Part shown: piece by piece, positions 1-14,300 of the stretch | How positions within the stretch are numbered: the stretch's first letter is position 1 | Layout: every line of letters starts with the position of its first letter | Assembly: GCA_964016885.1 (NCBI GenBank) | Contig: OZ024740.1 | Coordinates: 176,948,001-177,012,000, forward strand | DNA: 64,000 nucleotides | Direction of reading: 5' to 3' | DNA from: Eledone cirrhosa | Lineage: Eukaryota | Made by a program: the position numbers and the translations under genes | Notes under the pieces: generated by a model | Databases searched by the model: none | What the model was told of the DNA's origin: nothing | What the model saw: only the letters and a program-made list of their open reading frames with translations

Positions 1-677
1 GTACGTATGTATGTATGTATGTATGTATGTATGTATGTATGTATGTATGTATGTATGTATGTACGCAGGTATGTATGCATGTATGTATGTATGTATGTAT
101 ATACATCTGCATATAGAAACTGACATACACACATACACACAAGTATGTATATATATATATATATATATACATATGTGTGTGTGTGTGTGTGTGTGTATAT
201 CTATATGTATATATATATGCATACACACAGACACATATACCCCCCACACACATATATATATGCACACATTTTTTATTATGACGCTGATTTCACTCATTGG
301 GTTGCAGTTATGTTAGGGAACCGCCTTCAAGTGTTTATTCTATCACACCAACTCCAGTACTTATTTCAGTCTCAATACTTATTTCATCGCTAAGTTGCGG
401 CATTCAAATTAAACAGCACTGGTTTATAGAACGGTATAATTACAGACTTCAACCCCCCCACACACACACACACAAACACACAAACACAAACACACAGGCG
501 CGCCCCCCCCCTCCCACACACACACAAAAAACACACACACAAAAAAAACACACACACACACACAAACACACAGGCACCCACACAGAATCACACAGGCACA
601 CACATACACACTCGCGCGCACACACACACACACTCTCAAACTCAATCATCCATAACAAAAATAAAAATCCACACACA

Positions 678-732
<55 letters not shown>

Positions 733-822
733 AGTCACCCACACAGAAGCACACACATACACACTCGCGTGTACACACACACACACTCTCAAACTCAATC
801 ATCCATACCAAATATAAAAATC

Positions 823-853
<31 letters not shown>

Positions 854-1050
854 ACGCACACACACACACACACACATACGGACACACACAAACACACATG
901 CACCCCCCCCCCCACACAAACACACACACAAACACACAGGCAACCACACAGAAGCACACAGGCACACACATAAACAGTCGCGCAAGCACACACACACACT
1001 CTCAAACTCAATTATACATACCAAAAATAAAAATCTACAGACACACACAC
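1..1050. repeat. (TATG)n, (TA)n, (CA)n microsatellites with three degenerate ~160-210-bp CA-rich repeats
   Basis: Simple repeats; motif ctctcaaactcaat...aaaataaaaatc recurs near 632, 787 and 999. Confidence 0.9.
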
Positions 1051-1059
1051 ATATCTTCT

Positions 1060-1760
1060 TTTTGGTCATTGATCTTATTTAACTGGAAAGTTTGTTCAAA
1101 CCGCTATCTGCAGCCTCAGATATTCAGGACGTATCGGAGGGCTCTTGCTGTTCTCAGCAAGTATGCCCTTTGAAGTTTTCCCCAAAAGGGCGCTAGACTA
1201 CTGTTCTTTAATCATTCTTGAAAACTCTTCGAGATAGTATCTAGTGCTTCTATCAGGCATGATCTATTTTCCTTGTCCAAAACCACCAGGTCAGGCCTAT
1301 TGTGTTCTAATTTCTTGTCTGTCTGTATCCTAAAATCCTGTAGCACCTTCACTCGATTGTTTTCTATCACCGTCTCTGGCTTATGCTCATACCACTTCTC
1401 AGAATGTGGTAAATTATTTAGTTTGCATCAATGGCAGTGAATCACCTTTTCTATTATATCATGCTTCCAACCTTTATAGTGAGTCTGGGTTAGATGTTTA
1501 CACTCGTATATAATGTGAACCACAGTCTCCTCTCCCCACAGATCCTACAGAGTGGACTAGCCTCCTCCTTGTCAATATTGTGCTTCACCCACTTCGTTCT
1601 GAGGGCTTACTCTTGTGCAGCCATTAACATTCCTTCTGTAGCTTTTTTAAGGTCTCTACTTTTTAACTAACTCCATGTCTGTGGATCTCTGAATTCCTTT
1701 TTCTTTAAAAAAAAAAGGTGCTACGAAGGGATTTTTCATGAAGGTTGCTCTTCCTCTTTG
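1060..1760 (-). mobile_element. Decayed 3' end of an RLE-type non-LTR retrotransposon (R4/Dong-like)
   Basis: Reverse complement matches 2930-3630. Minus strand reads KPETVIENNRVKV..DFRIQTDKKLEHNRPDLVVLDKE (RLE PD motif). Confidence 0.75.
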
Positions 1761-1789
1761 TTGTTACTTCCTCCTACAAGGAGGCATTC

Positions 1790-3640
1790 GGTATGGTTCC
1801 TCATTCTTGGATAACCAAGTGTTTGGAAATCTTTAAGGTGGCGGACAACATCACACTGCTATTAAGTAATAACTTAAGGACCTGAGAGACAGAGATAACA
1901 TCAGATGAGGAATCCTTGGTAGGAGTGGAAATCAAGAGAGGTATCTTCGAAAGAGATAGTCTCCCCCCGTTATTATCTGTACTTACTCTCGTACAGTTTT
2001 CTCTCGAGTTGCGGAGATCGAAGACAGGATAGGAACTGGGAAGAGAAATTACCATCAATCATATACTCTTCATGGACGACCTAAAACTCTTTAGAAGAGT
2101 GAGAATGAGTCGGATTTTAACACTGTTCGTATTTTCATCACTGTTATATATATGGAATTTGGTGTTAATAAATGTGGATCCCTAGAGATGAGGAGAGATA
2201 AATTGAAGAGAAGCCAAGGAATCAAGTTACTGACGGGTGAGATGATAAAGGAGATCGACACCGAAGAAGGATATAGGTATTTCGGTGTTCTGGAGGCAGA
2301 TACCATGAAGGACAATAAAATGAAAGAGATGATAAAATTTCAATACATAAGGAGAGTAAGGAACATACTAAAATATTATCTGAATAGTTAAAAAGCTATA
2401 AGTGCAGTAAATGCCAGAGCAGTGTCTATTATTAGGTAAAATGCAAGGGCGGTGGATTGGCAGTATCAGTAGAGTGCCGGAAAACATGTTGTGTAGCATA
2501 GAGTTGCGGCCCTTTACGTTCTGAGTTCAAATCCCGCCGAGGTTAGCTTCGCCTTTCATCCTTACGGGATCGATAAAATAAAGCACCAGTAATGCACTGG
2601 GGTCGATTTAATCGACTTTTCCCTCCCCCAAATTGTTGGCCTTGTGCCTATAGTAGAAATCATTATTAGGTGCAATGCAGGAATTATTTAATTCAGCAAA
2701 AATAACTGAATAGAAAGACAAGGGAATTGGCTGTCTACATTAGTTAAGGGATCTGAAGGTGTAAGAGGTCTAATCAGCTTGGAGGACTGTGTTTGGATGG
2801 AGAATAGTTATTTACACAAATATGTGCCTATGAGTTACGAGCCAATGCTTAAGGCTGCATTGAAGGAGGAGGCAATAGAGAAAATGATGTCTAACAAAGA
2901 AGTCACTGCAAAGACGAAGATCAACCTGAATAAAGAAGGAATGCTACTGACAGCATTGGAGCAAGCGCTTAGAACGAAGTGGATTAAATACCATATTGAC
3001 AAGGAGGAAGCTAGGCCGCCTGTAAAATCTTTGGAGAGAGAAAGAGAGAGAGAGAAAAGAGTGTAGCTGACATCGTATCCGAGTGTAAACAACTAGCCCA
3101 GATTCACTATAAATGACGGAGGCATGATATCATGGGAAAAGTGATTCAATGGTATTTATGCAGACTTAACAAAATACCTCATTCTGAGTAATGGTATGAG
3201 CATAAGCCAGAGACGGTGATAGGAAACGACCGGATGAAAGTGCAGTGGGGATCCGGGTAAAACAGACAACATTTAGAACACAATAGGTCTGACCTGATGG
3301 TTTTAGACAAGGAAAAAAGATCTTGCTTGATTATAGATGTAGCTTGCCCCTTTGACTCACGATTGCAAGAAAAGGGGAAGGAGATTATTAACCGGTACCA
3401 GTATCTAAAGTATGAACTGAAAAGGATTTGGTACTGTCATTAGATCAAGGTCGTCACAATCGTCATAGGAACATCATGTACTCTCTAGAAGAGTTTACAA
3501 AGCGGTTTAAAAAACATTAGCCCATTTTTGGAACAGCAAAGCCCATCCTATACGTCCTGAATATCTGAGGCTGCAGGTAGCGGCTTGGTGTTTTTTAGGT
3601 CTAGTTTTTCGGTTAATAACATCAATGACTGAGATATCAA
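1790..3640 (+). mobile_element. Decayed RLE-type non-LTR retrotransposon (R4/Dong-like), RT plus RLE, 5' truncated
   Basis: Remnant RT motifs GIFERDSLPPL and LFMDDLKL, GYRYFGVLE; RLE remnant DLMVLDKEKRSCLIIDVACPFD; many stops; (TAA) tail. Confidence 0.8.
2448..2667 (+). mobile_element. tRNA-derived SINE (cephalopod-type) with ~20-bp TSD
   Basis: Head ggcggtggattggcagtatc, B-box-like gagttcaaatccc; attattaggt..aatgca(a)gg on both flanks. Confidence 0.85.
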
Positions 3641-3654
3641 AGTAATAATAATTA

Positions 3655-3760
3655 TATTGTTTTCTGATTTAGGCACAAGGTCAACAATTTTAAGGGAGGG
3701 GAAACTCGATTTTATCGACCTTATTGCTTGATCCGTATTTCATTTATTTCGGCGTTCAAA
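3655..3760 (-). mobile_element. Partial copy of the same SINE (3' part)
   Basis: aggcacaagg...aggggaaa...cgattttatcgacc matches the reverse complement of the SINE 3' half. Confidence 0.6.
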
Positions 3761-4541
3761 GGACACAAGACAAATGCGATCTCGATGGGAATCCAGACCT
3801 TGACTTCATTGCCTTCCAGCGCTTCTCCCTTACCATCCTCCGGAGAAACACCTTCTCCATTCAGTCCGCCGGGGTTGTGGGGAAGCAGGCACATGGGACC
3901 CCATTTGCTCACCATACAGAGAGATGGGGAGGGCGAGAGAGATGGAAGCGATGACAGTGGGAGTTCGGCTCTTCTACGTTCAGACCATATCCTTGTGTTT
4001 GTGTTTATGAACAAATGTGTGTGTAGAATATTTTTATGTCTATGAAGATATGTGCTTCCAGTCAAACACTGGAGTCGATTAATCGACTTTCTCGTAACGC
4101 CTACATTGTGAGTACGCGTCATCTTGTGGTTTTGATGTTGGAATCATGCTTTTCCTGATAGAACTAGGACACCTATCATATAACACCCATGAAATATCTA
4201 ATGAAATGCAGCCTCGTGGTAAACCAGCTATACTCGCATAGGTGGAAGCTGCGAATTGTATTTTAAATTTTCATATATTTGCTCCCAAAACTGATGACGT
4301 TTGCTTAAATTAGAAATCAAGAAGAAAATATAAAACAGAAGGAAAGTGTGGAGGACTGTGCGGAATAATAGGAAGAAGTTGGGGTATAGGAGAATGAGGA
4401 GAAGTAGGAGTGAGGAGCGGGAGAATGAGGAATAAGAAGTGGAGGAGGTGAAAGAAGTAGAGTAGGAAGAGAAAAAGGAGGGGGTATGCTGACTGGTCAT
4501 TTTAGAAAAGAAATCTTGTTTTATAGTTTTTATAATAATTA

Positions 4542-4980
4542 GGACGGTGGGTCGGCAGTATCGGTACAGTGTCAGACACCATGCTTGTCAGCATAGAGTT
4601 ACGTCTCTTTACATTCTGAGTTCAAATACCGCCGAAGATAGCTTTGCCTTTCATTCTTAGGGGGTGAATAGAATAAAGTACCAGTCACGCAATGGTGTCG
4701 ATTTAATGACTTTCCCCTCCTCCAATATTGTACTTAAATTAGAAATTTGACCATGTACTTAAACTAGAAACCATTATTTTTATAAAAGGCGGTGGATTGG
4801 CCGTATCGGTAGAGGGTCGGACGCCATGCTTTGACGCATAGAATTAAGGCCCTTGCCATTCTGAGTTCAAATCCCGCCGAGGTTAACTTTGCCTTTCATC
4901 CTTATGGGGTCTATAAAATAAAGTACCAGCAATACACTGGGTAATTGCTGGCCTTGTGCCAAAATTAGAAACAATTATTT
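4542..4980 (+). mobile_element. Two adjacent SINE copies (4542-4775, 4788-4980)
   Basis: Same head, B-box and aaaataaagtaccag motifs. Confidence 0.85.
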
Positions 4981-5284
4981 TTATAATGATTTCAGTGATA
5001 ATATTCTTTAAAATAAAATTACAGACAATAAATCAATTCATAGTTGTATAAATAAAAAACATTAAAAAAATTGATGGAAATATGAAAGAAAAGAAAAAAA
5101 GAAAGAAAAGATAAAATCAAGTAACGAACATATGGGGCAATCGGCAAAGAGGGGCAGATCTGACTGTATCAGAAAGTAGAAGAAAGGGCTATAAATGCCA
5201 TAAATGAGAGAAAAAGTTGGGAAAAAACAAGGACTATTAGGCCACAGAAGAAAGGGAGGGAGAAGGGGAGAGGGTGATAGGCTC

Positions 5285-5905
5285 TATGCCTGGGGCTGGG
5301 CGGTTTTTGGCTTGCGCCTCACGGACAAGGCTGCAAAAGCATTTCCAATGGCCAGCGACACCCGGTGCAATAGCGACCCCACATCGCGGGGTTCCTTCCT
5401 GAGACTCAAGATCTGATTTTTTGGGGGAGTTGAGCAGTACGGGGTCCGAGGACGCCTGAGGTCTCGGCGGCGACCGGTGCGAAGAGGAGCGGCCGGAAAA
5501 TCCCCGGTATTAGTTTCTCTTCCTATCCTCTGCATTACGAGCCGCAGTACCGGTGTTTGTGGCCGAAGCAACTTAGTTGGAGGCGAGAAACATGTCAAAG
5601 CATGTGGCGTCCCAGATGAGGAATTTACTCCCTTCAAATTGGAAGAGAGGAATTCCGTCGGGGTACTTACCGTCTCCACAGCTGAGGTGTGCTGGCTACA
5701 GTTGTGATGGGAAGCCAGCTGCATCCATGTTCCTTATTAATATGTCGTTAAGAGCGGCATATTGAAGGAACCGGCCTACGCTCTAGTGGCATGACAGTGG
5801 ATGCAGGCCAAACTCGTCAATGACAGCCCCACAGCGATATTTATGTGGCTCACATACGCGGAGGCCGAGGCGTTGGACCTCTCCGAAGCGAGTGCACTCG
5901 TCATC
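5285..5905 (-). mobile_element. 3' fragment of a CRE-like RLE non-LTR retrotransposon
   Basis: GC-rich island; minus strand reads AALNDILIRNMDAAGFPSQL*PAHLSCGDGKYPDGIPLFQFEGSKFLIWDATCFD and HRVSLAIGNA, typical of the CRE-clade RLE end. Confidence 0.7.
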
Positions 5906-8059
5906 AAGAGTAACATTTTAGAAAAAATATTCATAAAATCCTTGAAGATTAGATTTTAGATTCAAAGTCTTGTATAATTTAATATTTTGTATTTACAAAA
6001 TCGACAAAACAAATAAATGAAAATTAATATTCTAAAGAGAACGGCATAATTGAAGTTTAAAGAAAAGTCTATTATGGAACTTTCTACAAATAAAAGAACA
6101 AAACACAAAAACCTTCCTCATAAACAAACGCTTATGAATCACCGTAAAAAATATTTACTGGACGTCATACCGGTACACCTGTCAAGCTGTTTATGAATAA
6201 TGATATTTGGTCACCTTACTAAAGGATCACGTTATCATGTAAATTGCTGTTTTAGGCAATTTCATCTGCTATAAATCATATCGAATATATCTTCTCTTGA
6301 GTCATGATGTATTCGGTTGAATATTAGTTTGACCTACATGCATTTCAGGTTTTACTAAAAATGTTTCTCTATTTTTGTTGTAATCGTTTAGTCTCCAAAT
6401 CAACGATAATTGAGGGCACTTGTGTGACCCTATAGGCTGTCTCTTTTTATGTTAAACAATATATTGGCCAAAGTCACTTTCCTATTAGGAAACTTGACTG
6501 CTTTTAGTAATGACAGCATAGTGAAAAACTCGCTGTCGTAATGTTTTTGCAGTTGCTATTATTTATGCTTCTCGTGTTGTTGCTGATTGTTTTACCTTTA
6601 GATCAGCCCCGATCAGGTAGACTTATGACCAAAAATGTTCACAACATCGTTTTGTTAATATTGTTGTTGTTCTTGTTTGTTTTAGATGCAAACCGAGTAT
6701 TAGCTGGTGTCCTATACAACATGGTAGTATAGCCAAGAATATTTTTCGAATATTCGATCACCAAAGCTACCTGAACAATGTGAGTCATTCTAGCTGGTGT
6801 TTTACAGATATAGCTTGAGATATTCAATAAACATTTCCTGACACACGCGAAGCTCTTAGTAGAAATAGAGTGAATTATAACTGATTCCCAATAAATGTAT
6901 CTCTGTAACATATACTGGTTCCGATTTCCTTTTGTTTGTAAAGACATAGATATGCACATACATCCATACATATCATCTAATGTAGATGATTTTAGATTTT
7001 GCTGCTTCAAATAAGTATTAAGATGTATATAATAACGAAATAAAGATTAAAAGAATGTCTACAAACATTTATTAGTTAGGACGAGCTATTTAAGTCATTA
7101 TCATCGTGAATTTGATAGGTATGTATATTTCTAAATAGTTTACTAAAGCGGCAAATTATTCAAAATATTGAAGGCTAGTAAATTACATGAGTTATTTTCT
7201 TGCGCTGATATTTTTAATTAGCACCACCCCCCTCCACACTCACACACATTCTCTCTCATCTAGATCATCACCGATTAACATCTATTTTCATTGCTTTTTT
7301 TGTTTAGACGAGCTGTCAGGTCACCACGTCCTGCTCATACGCTCCGAGGCTGAATGCCCTTCCTTACTCCAACCCCCTTATAAAGTGAACTCGGTGCTTA
7401 ATTCGTGGTACCAACACTACCACCTCACAGGATTGACTAGGTGCTTTTCATGTGGCACAAGTACGACCACTTTACAGGGTCGACTGAATGCTTTTTCGTG
7501 ACACCAGCACTACCACGTCGTTAGGTGAATTATGTCGTAGCATCAGCACGATTGCCTTGCAAGGTGGACCGTATGATTTTTGTCGTGGCACTTATGACCA
7601 TCGTACAGCATATATTGGGTGTGATTTATCATGTAAAATGTGAGAGCAAGCGTCAGGTTATATGTTATTTGCTGGGTTTGGGAGTTGGGTGTAATCCACA
7701 CAGGAAAAGCAACCAACGTATCACGGGATCGCCTTGAAGAGAATGAGTTGCGCTTGGTATTATATTGATTATATTGTGGAATTATTATGGTGGAATTTCA
7801 GACGAGGAAATAGGAGTACACTGACAGGCGGGGACCTAAAACTTTCCTCCACGCTGCTTCTTTGGGTTTAAGGTGGGCAAGAAGAAAGTCAGAATAATAG
7901 TAGCTGGTAGGACGCGGATGGGCTGCATCTTCTCCATGCTTGTTACCTCTCGGCTGTGTGGGAAGGTGAGCTTTCTGCAGTTCGGCATGTCACCAACTAT
8001 CTTCATCCTGGGTGACTTTTAGCTGGGTAATGTCGGCCTTCACGATTTCATCACACGTG

Positions 8060-8705
8060 TTACTACGTCTTCCCTTCTATAGGGTCCACCGACTTTGAAC
8101 GTTCTACATTTCTTTATGCAGCCGTCACCTTCCATGGCTTCACATATGCTTACCACCACAATCTTCTCTCTTCATTCTTTGATTACTCTTATACATAGGT
8201 TTCCTCTACGCTCATTAATACTACGTCGTTTATGTATACTACGGTAAACCATCCATCGGAGCATACTCACCACATTTCTTTCCGATCATCCTAACTCCTC
8301 CACACATAATGCCCATGTCTCACGTCCATGCAACATTGCTGATCGTATTATTTAATCTGCGGTGGATTGGCAGTATCGGTAGAGGGTCGGACGCCATGCT
8401 TTGTAGCATAGAGTTACGGCCCTTTATGGTTTGAGTTCAAATCCCGCCGAGGTTAACTTTGCCTTTCGTCCTTACGGGGTCGATAAAATAAAGTACCAGC
8501 AATGCACTGGGCTAATTGCTGGCCTAGTGCCAAAAGTAGAAACAATCATTTAATCTGCCTTTCACATCGAGGAAAGAGTCTTTTGTGGACAACAGTGATA
8601 GTAGCTTTTTGAATTTGTTTTCAATCTATCCTCACTCTATAATTCTTTTAGAACAACCTCCACCGCTGCTAATTTGGTCCCCCTGGTAGTAAAAGCTGTC
8701 AACTA
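8060..8705 (-). mobile_element. RTE-clade LINE 3' ORF remnant interrupted by a SINE
   Basis: Minus-strand remnants DSFYYQGDQISSGGGC, RSAMLHGRETWAL, MLRWM. Confidence 0.65.
8359..8550 (+). mobile_element. SINE with TSD atttaatctgc
   Basis: Full SINE motifs; duplicated flank on both sides. Confidence 0.85.
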
Positions 8706-9039
8706 GCATTCTGGCAGTGGAGAAGCAGCGGTAACTACATATGAAAAAGAGAGAGAAAAGATGAATGTGATGAGTAGGAAGTGATATTTAAAGCATTATG
8801 GGACGGGCTGGACATACACAAGCACACACATATATCCTACCCCGCGCTGCCAGAAATCGTAAAATAGAACACATCGCACTCCTATCATCTACTAACTCCC
8901 CAACATACATAAACTTAACAACACTGGCCGTCCTATCGTTTTCGTTTATAACTGTCTCACTAAAATAATCTTTCAATATCTAGACACTTTTCTCGCCCCC
9001 TTAGTCGCTAACCTTCCCTCCCACATCCATAACACCAAT

Positions 9040-10230
9040 CATGCTCTTTGACTTTTGAACCCTTGCTTCTCTCCTGGCCCTTCTCGCCTTGTCTTCCCCT
9101 GAACATCACCTTTCTCTACACCGTCATCCCTAACGATGACAGCCTCCATGCTCTCCGACATTTTTTGGACTTATGTCCTACACCCTATCTTAGTACCGCC
9201 ATTATTCTTCAGCTTGCTGATCTCGTTCTCATTCTCAAATGTTCTTCCTTTTCCGGAGAATTTTACCAGCAAGTCCTTGGTTAAGTCATGGGAACCAAAA
9301 TTAGCCCCAATAACTCCAACTTATTCGCTGGCTCGTTGAGACCCAGATCTTCTCCCAGTACACTGGACCCTGGCCCGTGCTATATTGTCGTTATACTAAC
9401 AATTGTATCCGCACCAACCACTTCTCTCTCCTCTGAACAGCTCAAACCCCTCTCTTTCTCTTGTTCAGTCTTTTCCTCCCGCCCTCACCATCATCACCTC
9501 CGTCTCTGATTCTTTGGTCCAGTATCTTGACATCTCTCTATCAACCACTCTCACCACACCCTCTGTAACTCCATCTCCTACAACCCCACTGACTCTCCCT
9601 CGTACCTTGACTTCACCTCCTCCAGCCCCACGTACACCAAACTGTTCACACCCTACTCCCAATTTCTCCGTTTTCGTCGTCTCTACAGCCAGTCCCAACA
9701 CATGGTTGTTCGCTTCTGCCAGCGTTAATATCTTCCCACCTTGATCAAAGTTGCCATTATTGGCACCCATGAAACTGATCGCACCACATCCTTCTCACCC
9801 TGCAATCAAAGCACCCTCTAATACTCGCCTTTCTTTTCACTCAACTAATACCTCTCAACCCCACCTCTTCGGCGGTGTATCCTTCTTTGTTTCTGAACCC
9901 ACATTTCTAAACCCATCATCACTTGTTTCTTTCCTAACCCTCCTATCACTGCCTTTAAGCACGCCCGTAAACACCGCGACCTTCTTGAACATAGGTCCTT
10001 CTTTTCTTCCCCCCAGGATTCCACACGGTTCCTCTTCCTGCTCTTACCCCCACTGTAATATTTGTCTCTACATAACCAACCTCCCCACTCTGACAGTTAC
10101 GAAACTTTTCACATTCGCTACACCTTCACCTGCACATCTACCAATGTTGTCTATGCCCGCTGGTGTTCCCTTCTCTATATACATTGGATAAACTAACGAC
10201 CGTCTGGTGGGCTGATCAGTAGAACAAGTG
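9040..10230 (+). mobile_element. Highly decayed Penelope-like element (RT plus GIY-YIG)
   Basis: Remnants LYTVIP..LHALRHFLD, FYQQVLG*VMGTKISP; CSYPHCNICLYI and FTCTSTNVVY...LYIG*T. Confidence 0.7.
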
Positions 10231-11574
10231 AGGGATATACAACTGTTTCTGCGTTTGTGTATATGTATGTGTACGCAAAATTTTACATACATATTTACAT
10301 ACCTCCCTGCACTGGTCGGTTAACACTCCTGCGTGCGTCACCTAAATTGTCACCGCAGCCAGCTCGATAACGGACCAACGCCAATTCTTCAGAGCGTTGC
10401 AGAAACAAAAGAACAAACCTAAAAACACACACCCACATACGCACTCACACACACATACACATGTCATCTCAAACCGTACAACGATTATCTCCCTTTCTAA
10501 ACCTTTCCAATATATAAGACATCCACTCACCATCATTTCCTCAAAATGCCACTGATTTCACACGTACATTTTTGTTGTTGTTCCGCTTCTCACTCTCTAG
10601 CTTTCTATTTCATCTTTTAATTCTCATTCTATCTACTGATAAAAGTCTAGTGTCTGAAATGTAAAGACTCTTTCCTACGTTATCAATCGTCAAACTAGTA
10701 TATTTCTTCCTTTTACTGTGATGTTTGTGTTTTTTTTTCGTTTACAAACACACAAACACACACATACACACACACGCACACACAGACACACACACACATA
10801 TACATTTATATATATATATAAATATATATATATAAATATATATATATATACATATATATATATATTCTTTAAAAATTACTTATCTTTTAAACAATTTTTT
10901 TAAAAGGTTTTAAAAATTATTTTCTCGAAAATTTTTCAAAATTTTTAAAAAATTCTTTAAAAAAATTTTTCAATATTATTTTCAATATTTTTTTCAATAT
11001 ATTTGTTCAATATATGTTTTCAATATTCTTTCAATATTTTTTTTATATTTTCTCAATACTTTCTCAATATTTTTTCAATTCTGGCTAAATGTATCTTAAA
11101 CATCCATACTTAAACATCCGTATCTTAAACATCCATACTTATTTTGACTAAATAGTCTCACACTAAAAAATAAATAAATAAAACCGGAGTTTTTTCCTTA
11201 TCTTCTTTTTTCAATAATATAAATATAAATATTCTTACTTAACTCAGTTAATTTAATTCAATTTAATTTAAATTAATTTTAAATTATTCTCAATTTTAAA
11301 TACATATTTATTTACTTAAAATACAAAACCAATACCCTCATAACTCATTTGATATACCGATCTATCTATTTATTTATTTATCTACTTATAAACGAATGAA
11401 AAATATTATATTATAAACAAATTTTAAACAACTAATAATCGTAAAATATCCTTTTAATATAAATACACATAATATTAAGATATATATTTACATATATACA
11501 TAGGTAGTTGTCCGAATATATTTCCCTCAAATTAACGTTATATGAGGTTTTTTTTTATTCATCTTCGGTTTTTT

Positions 11575-11631
<57 letters not shown>

Positions 11632-11638
11632 TCTCTCT

Positions 11639-11671
<33 letters not shown>

Positions 11672-12079
11672 ACTATTTTGTCCTTCTTCTCTTCTCTCTT
11701 CTATCTTCAATTATTTACATATTCATTTGCATATTCATCCATAAATTAGAAAAATCCATAATACATTTCCACTATCCAGAGAATATCCAACTGATACGGT
11801 AAGATTTTCCTGGGTATGTCTATATTTATAAAACAAATTTTGTATTTTATCTGAAGAAAGCATACCAAAGTGTTTTGGTACCCTTGAAATATATATAATA
11901 AAATAAATATGGTTTTATAAATATAGTTTCCATTTTTTAATATCATTGAATATTTACTCCAGGAACTTGTTCTCTAAATCAGATATAAACATTTATATTT
12001 ATATATGTCGGATTTCCAACAAATTAAATACCCCTACTACTTATATATATACTCACCACTCTCTCCAACCTAAAATCGA

Positions 12080-13897
12080 AGAACCTCATCTATCTCCACT
12101 CCGACAAGGGAAAAGAATTCTGCGTCATCAGCAGAGAGGCCTACAACACCCTGGCCGTCCAACACCTTGACGATGACAACCTCTACTCCAAGGTCACGGG
12201 AATCACTCCCGCGCAGATAGAAGAACACATCAACTCCGCCTGGACCAACATCTGCGACCGGCGGAAGCTCCTGAAGAAGCTGAGATACAACCTCCTCACG
12301 AGGAACAGCAGACTACCCGCCTTCTACCACCTCGTGAAAACACACAAACAGGGACCCGAACTGAAAATCAGGCCCATCGTATCGAGCGTGGAGGGACCAC
12401 TCTACAAAATTTCATGGCTCCTAGCCAGAATACTCAAACCCATCTTAGATACCTTGCCGGGACATGTTAACAGCTCCGAGGAGGTGTTGAACCGCCTGCA
12501 GTAAATGGATCCCGACACCAGAAAGAATAACAGATATGCCTTCAGCCTTGATGTAGTCGCTCTCTACACCTCGGTCCCGGCACTCCCGGCCGTCAATATA
12601 CTAATGGAACGCGTCCAATCCACCGACCTACACTGCTTCGGGTTCACCACCACTGAAATCCACCAACTCCTGTCCATCGTCGTCGACAACACCTACTTCG
12701 GATTCCTTGACCAAATATACCAACAAACCTCGGGATTGCCCATGGGATCAAGCCTATCAGGTGTGCTAGCGATCTCCTACATGGACAACCTCGAACGCAA
12801 GGCACTCAACGCCTGCCACCCCAACGCCGTAGCCTTTTTCTCAAGATACGTGGACGATATCCTCATCCTCACATCTTCCCAAGACACGGCGAACAGAATC
12901 TATGAGACGTTCAACAACACGGACGAGAACATTGACTTCAGTGTTGAACACCCCAACGAAGACGGGTCACTTGCCCTCCTCGACTTCCGAATCAACATCA
13001 CGGAACAAGGAGGGATCCACTGCAACTTCTACAGAAAGGCAGCCTGCAGGGACCTATTCGTTCACTACAAGTCCGCCCTCCCTAACAGTGCCAAAAGAGG
13101 ATACATCACGAACGAGATCGCGCGAATCAAAAACAGATGCAGCGATCCCGCGAGTGGTGTCACTCATACCAAGCGATTCCTCGAGGTGCTGGAGACGAAC
13201 GGCTACCCTACCTCGATCACAGACAGAATAGGAGACACCAGACGCAAGAGACAGAGAAGCACCCAAGGCAAGTGCTTCCTTAAAATGCAACACCTGGGCG
13301 AGAAAACCACCAACGCTATCCGCAAGGCTATACGGAGGGAGGGCCTCGACATCCACCTGGCCCAATCGGGCCCCTCCCCGCGAAGATGCCTCTCCAGAAA
13401 ACCCGAAAAATCTACTGACGCATGCTCCCTCAGAGACTGCCCGATACGCCATGCTAACTGTTGCCTACGCACATACGTCGTGTATCAGATAGAATGTGAC
13501 AGGTGCAACCAATACTACATAGGTAGCACAATTCGACCTTTGCACATCTGGATCAAGGAACACACTAAAACCAGGGCCTCGTCCTTCCGGAAACACATAG
13601 ACAAATGCGGAAACAAAGACGGAAGGCCCATTGTCACAATTCTAGCGACTGAAAGAAACTTCGGCACGTTACGTATCAAGGAAGCGCTTTTTATCAAACG
13701 ACTGCAACCGCAAATAAACAACCGATCAGAGAGAAGCGAAATGAAATGGCTGGTTTAAGTTAACAAGCGATGCAACAACACACAACACACGCACACACAC
13801 ACACACGTAAACGAGACAACTTCACACACGCACACACACACAGTAGCATTCCACCATACGAACATACTACACTGCCAATACAGATGAACAAGGCAAC

Positions 13898-13945
<48 letters not shown>

Positions 13946-14300
13946 CATTTAACAAAGAGGCAGAGAATGGACTGACATCTAGCGCCATCCCACTCCCTCA
14001 TTCGGCCGCTGACCTCTGTACGACCGACCCCATTTCACGCGCACGCGCGCTCTGCCGAATACCTCAGATATTCAAAACAACAAACAGCGAAAGACGCGTT
14101 CCGGGCTTGTCCGACAGACAACCTTTTCCCCCACCCCGGAAAAAAAAACCCAGTTGATGGATGTGAATCCGAAATATATAGGGACTATTAAATCTCTCCC
14201 AAGGTAACTCTCTCTTGTGTTGTTATTTTTATTTTAACCTTTATACTCTTCCCTCATTCTACACATCTCACACATCTTATACACACCACGCTTCTCAACG
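12080..14300 (+). mobile_element. Penelope-like retroelement, 5' truncated, with a pLTR remnant
   Basis: RT/GIY-YIG reading frame upstream of a non-coding 3' region that contains a degenerate HHR-like motif at 14149-14183. Confidence 0.85.
12505..13758 (+). pseudogene. PLE RT plus GIY-YIG endonuclease (frame continues upstream past a stop at 12502)
   Basis: SLDVVALYTS, GLPMGSSLS, RYVDD, VVYQIECDRCNQYYIGST, IKEALFIKRLQPQIN. Confidence 0.9.

Noticed and set aside
11-1173. YI/HT/CV-rich ORFs here and across 32800-58300
   Set aside because: Microsatellite translations
10900-11140. ttttcaatat and tatcttaaacatcc short tandem repeats
   Set aside because: Ordinary AT-rich slippage repeats with no further structure
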